DNA from: a bacterium
Lineage (GTDB): Bacteria > Patescibacteriota > Dojkabacteria > SC72
Assembly (NCBI GenBank): GCA_021463465.1
Contig: JAJTYH010000002.1
Location: 137,799 to 201,798, forward strand
Direction of reading: 5' to 3'
DNA length: 64,000 nucleotides
A model generated the notes under the pieces. The model had not been told where the DNA came from. It did not search any database and was given only the letters and a program-made list of their open reading frames with translations. Shown piece by piece: positions 59,448 to 64,000 of this stretch. Both the position numbers and the translations under genes were made by a program. Within the stretch, counting starts at the first letter, position 1; each line of letters opens with the position of its first letter.

Positions 59448-60170
59448 TCAAAAAGTAATTTTAGCCTGTGGCTGTGCCTTAGCAACTAAATCCGCAATCT
59501 GATCTAGAATTTCACCATTAACTGGAGCAACTGCAAATCTAAACATACTTCCAGCCTCTCCCTTCACTCTCTCAGGTTCCAACAACCCCACTACATTTCT
59601 AAGTAATGAACGACACGCTGGGGGATTATATTGAACAGTTAGCTGGTTCAAATCAAAAGGTACGCCATCACCTAAACGCGATTCTTTTCCATCAGTTTTA
59701 TCAAATGGCTTGCCATTGGTTGCTATAACTGTATCACCATATGAATCAGCTGCATTGTTCTTGCTATCTTCCAACTGGTCATTACTGGTTGCTACAGAAA
59801 CAATCGGATGACTGATTTCTGCAATTACTTTAAAATGTATTGTGTAGGCTCCACCAACGCCTTCTTGCCAAAAATGATTTGGCTCACTTGTTGAGCTCAG
59901 ACCTAAGTCATCATCTGCAGTCCCAGGTCGAAATCCGTCAATTAGTTCGATTAAACGGACACAACGGGGCAAAGTTCCATTATGTAATTGCCCAAACATT
60001 AATAACAAATCTCCTTTTTTCGGAAGTTCCGGCTCAGTTCTTACCATCAAATCAGTAAAAGATGATTGTTCACCTTCCAAAGTCTTCGGCAACTCATCAC
60101 GAAAAGATATTCCCACACCAGTAAAGAAGTGACTTACACCTTGCTTTAATTGATTTACTGTAACGGCCAT
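59448..60170 (-). CDS. Hypothetical protein
   Basis: ORF only. Confidence 0.3.
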   Translation of the reverse strand: MAVTVNQLKQGVSHFFTGVGISFRDELPKTLEGEQSSFTDLMVRTEPELPKKGDLLLMFGQLHNGTLPRCVRLIELIDGFRPGTADDDLGLSSTSEPNHFWQEGVGGAYTIHFKVIAEISHPIVSVATSNDQLEDSKNNAADSYGDTVIATNGKPFDKTDGKESRLGDGVPFDLNQLTVQYNPPACRSLLRNVVGLLEPERVKGEAGSMFRFAVAPVNGEILDQIADLVAKAQPQAKITF

Positions 60171-60254
60171 AATAATGCATTAAAAATTTTGTGAAAGGAT
60201 TATAGACCTATAGAGCTTAGGAATCAATATCTGAAGTTTAATGTATAATTAAAC

Positions 60255-60686
60255 ATGACACATATAGTAGTACACACTAACCCTGCCGTCAGACAAAGAT
60301 ATTTGCTTAAACTTGTAAATCACCTATTACAAAAAGAATTCACCGATTCTCAGTTATATAATATTCCAGACCTACATTTTGTAAACGAGAAAAACGGTAG
60401 TATTGGCATTGAGATTGTAAAGGAGCTGCAAAAACAGATGATTTATAAGCCCTTTAACGAAATCTACCAGATTGGCGTCATTAGTCAGGCTCATTTACTA
60501 ACTCATGAGGCGCAAAACGCACTTCTTAAAACTCTAGAGGAGCAACCAGAGACAACTGCCTATATTTTGCTTTTAGATAACGAGAAGAATGTTCTAGAAA
60601 CAATTCTATCAAGGGGTGTTAAGCACTACGTGAAGGAGCAAGATAAAAAAAAGAAGTACAAACGGTACCAAAACCTTCAATCCTAA
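60255..60686 (+). CDS. holB: DNA polymerase III delta-prime (HolB)-like, N-terminal AAA-like and SRC-motif region; appears truncated
   Basis: EAQNALLKTLEEQPETTAYILLL...ILSRG sensor-1/SRC region. The ORF stops 8 codons after an A8 run. Confidence 0.55.
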   Translation: MTHIVVHTNPAVRQRYLLKLVNHLLQKEFTDSQLYNIPDLHFVNEKNGSIGIEIVKELQKQMIYKPFNEIYQIGVISQAHLLTHEAQNALLKTLEEQPETTAYILLLDNEKNVLETILSRGVKHYVKEQDKKKKYKRYQNLQS

Positions 60687-60748
60687 ATTTCAATATAATA
60701 GAACAGTTCAAAACTATTGATACACTTTCCCAACAGGATACCAAGGAA

Positions 60749-60958
60749 GTGTTAGAACTTCTAAAAGGAATTCAACAATTCTTCCGAATACAGCTTAGAG
60801 GAGCAATCAAAAACAATGAAAATATCGACAAGATATACAGGAATATTGAAATAGTTAATACCGCATATCAACGAATAAAAGCCAATGGTAATAAGAAGCT
60901 AGTCTTAGAAAACATGATTATGCAAATAGACTATAGTAACTTGCTAAGAGGGCAGTAA
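60749..60958 (+). CDS. Probable C-terminal helical domain of HolB displaced into another frame (no ATG; open from 60647)
   Basis: Frame +2 is open from just after the A8 run at 60645-60652 with no ATG or TTG; only a GTG at 60749. Confidence 0.35.
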   Translation: MLELLKGIQQFFRIQLRGAIKNNENIDKIYRNIEIVNTAYQRIKANGNKKLVLENMIMQIDYSNLLRGQ

Positions 60959-60995
60959 GACTATAGAATAGGAGGATATTTCCATTTCTTTACGA

Positions 60996-62909
<1,914 letters not shown>

Positions 62910-62911
62910 AT

Positions 62912-63745
62912 ATGAATACAATACTTAAAGCCATAACTTATCAGTTTGAACAGAAGAATTGGCAAGAGACACTTGGTTATCTTTTCCTAGCCTTTTTAGT
63001 TGTAGGTTTAATTTCTTTATTCATCTCATTTTCCATTCAGCTACCCGTTGAAATAATGTTGTCATATTTTAGAGAGATGGGCAAAGCTATGCCAGCGGGA
63101 GAATCTATTTCTTCACTCGTATCTTCTGGTACTAACGCCTTGAGAATCCCTGTTATCCTTTATTTGATGGGGTATTTGTTTGAAGTAGTAGGTAATGTGG
63201 TAGGTCAGAAGGAAAAATTATTTCCAACGCACGGCGATTTTTTTAATAGACTAGTAAATGGGTTCAAGCTCTGGGCAATTAATTTCATTGCGCTGCTACC
63301 CACCACTATATTGGCATTGTTAGTAATTGGTTCGATTGCTTTCGCCACATTCTTAGCTTTCTCAGCTGCCTCTAAAAGTATTTTCATGCTCCTCTTAGGC
63401 TTAGCATTATGCTTACTCTTTGTAATCGTAGTAATAGTATTCTCAGTGGTTAACGGTCTTATTACCTTTACTTCTTGGTACATTTACATCAAGACCTCGA
63501 CTTTCTCCAAAGCCATCTCTTACGGTTTAATCATTAAGAGTATTCGTACTAACGAGAGGATCCTACTTAAAGGTTATCTTTACCTGCTCGGACTCCAGTT
63601 CGTACAAGCATTTGTAGGCTTCATGAGCCTATTTATGATTTGTCTCGTATTTTTCAGCGGTCCCATAATCATGTTAGTGGGTTACTTTGCTAAAGCCTAC
63701 ATATTTGCACTTACCTACCAAAAAATGAGTAAATTAGAAGCTTAA
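62912..63745 (+). CDS. Polytopic membrane protein of unknown function inserted between gyrB and gyrA
   Basis: 6-7 TM helices. Confidence 0.4.
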   Translation: MNTILKAITYQFEQKNWQETLGYLFLAFLVVGLISLFISFSIQLPVEIMLSYFREMGKAMPAGESISSLVSSGTNALRIPVILYLMGYLFEVVGNVVGQKEKLFPTHGDFFNRLVNGFKLWAINFIALLPTTILALLVIGSIAFATFLAFSAASKSIFMLLLGLALCLLFVIVVIVFSVVNGLITFTSWYIYIKTSTFSKAISYGLIIKSIRTNERILLKGYLYLLGLQFVQAFVGFMSLFMICLVFFSGPIIMLVGYFAKAYIFALTYQKMSKLEA

Positions 63746-63753
63746 ATGTATGG

Positions 63754-64000
63754 ATGAAAAAGAATTGAAGAAAGTAGAAGAAGCCACAACCAATCCGACA
63801 GAGGACAATAACGAAGAGTTTTTAAACAACTACACACCAGAGTTTAAGCCTGGTCAAATCGCACCTCGATCAATTACTGATGAGATGAAGGCCAACTACA
63901 TCGATTACTCGATGTCAGTAATTGTATCCAGAGCCCTTCCTGAAATTAAAGATGGTTTAAAACCCTCGCAGAGAAGAATCTTGGTAGCAATGAACGACCT
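63754..64000 (+). CDS. gyrA: DNA gyrase subunit A, N-terminal fragment (continues beyond the window)
   Basis: [37 protein letters not shown] matches the GyrA N-terminal signature. Confidence 0.8.

Overview
Low-GC bacterial chromosomal window with dense coding. The most notable content is an ~18 kb type IV pilus locus and three separate anomalies in housekeeping genes. Gene content suggests a monoderm Patescibacteria/CPR-like organism: a sortase, a T4P locus without a pilQ secretin, a ThrRS lacking the TGS domain, and a short trigger factor. This taxonomic reading is inference.

Annotated content, in order:
- A 5'-truncated giant LamG/FN3 surface protein with an internal duplication.
- rsmD, then the conserved thrS-infC-rpmI-rplT-pheS-pheT block.
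- A PBP1A with Ig-like C-terminal domains.
- hisS, preceded by an extended -10 promoter, a His-codon-rich mini-ORF and an intrinsic terminator hairpin (candidate attenuator).
- An OmpR-type regulator whose receiver lacks the phospho-Asp.
- mutS, and a PEP-synthase-like enzyme whose phospho-carrier His is replaced by Glu.
- An AI-2E transporter and a DUF2085 membrane protein.
- A divergent sortase and candidate substrate (LPESAG + TM + KR tail).
- tig-clpP, tRNA-Val(GAC), dus, a repeat-rich surface protein, a class A beta-lactamase-like hydrolase and a YbaK deacylase.
- A Clp/Hsp100 AAA+ ATPase with an N-terminal transmembrane extension.
- rpmF-nusB-rnc-rpsP-KH.
- The T4P locus: pilMNO, a Cys-rich secreted protein with a poly-Gly tract, a CheY-like receiver, four pilin-like genes, a PAPS-sulfotransferase-like gene inside the pilin operon, pilD, pilA, pilC, a PilT with a ~335-aa acidic disordered N-terminal extension, and pilB.
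- holB, apparently split at an A8 homopolymer.
- gyrB, with a single in-frame TGA at the conserved Gly of the PEGGTH motif.
- A membrane protein and the start of gyrA.

No CRISPR array, transposase or integrase was seen. Manual coordinates may be off by 1-2 nt.
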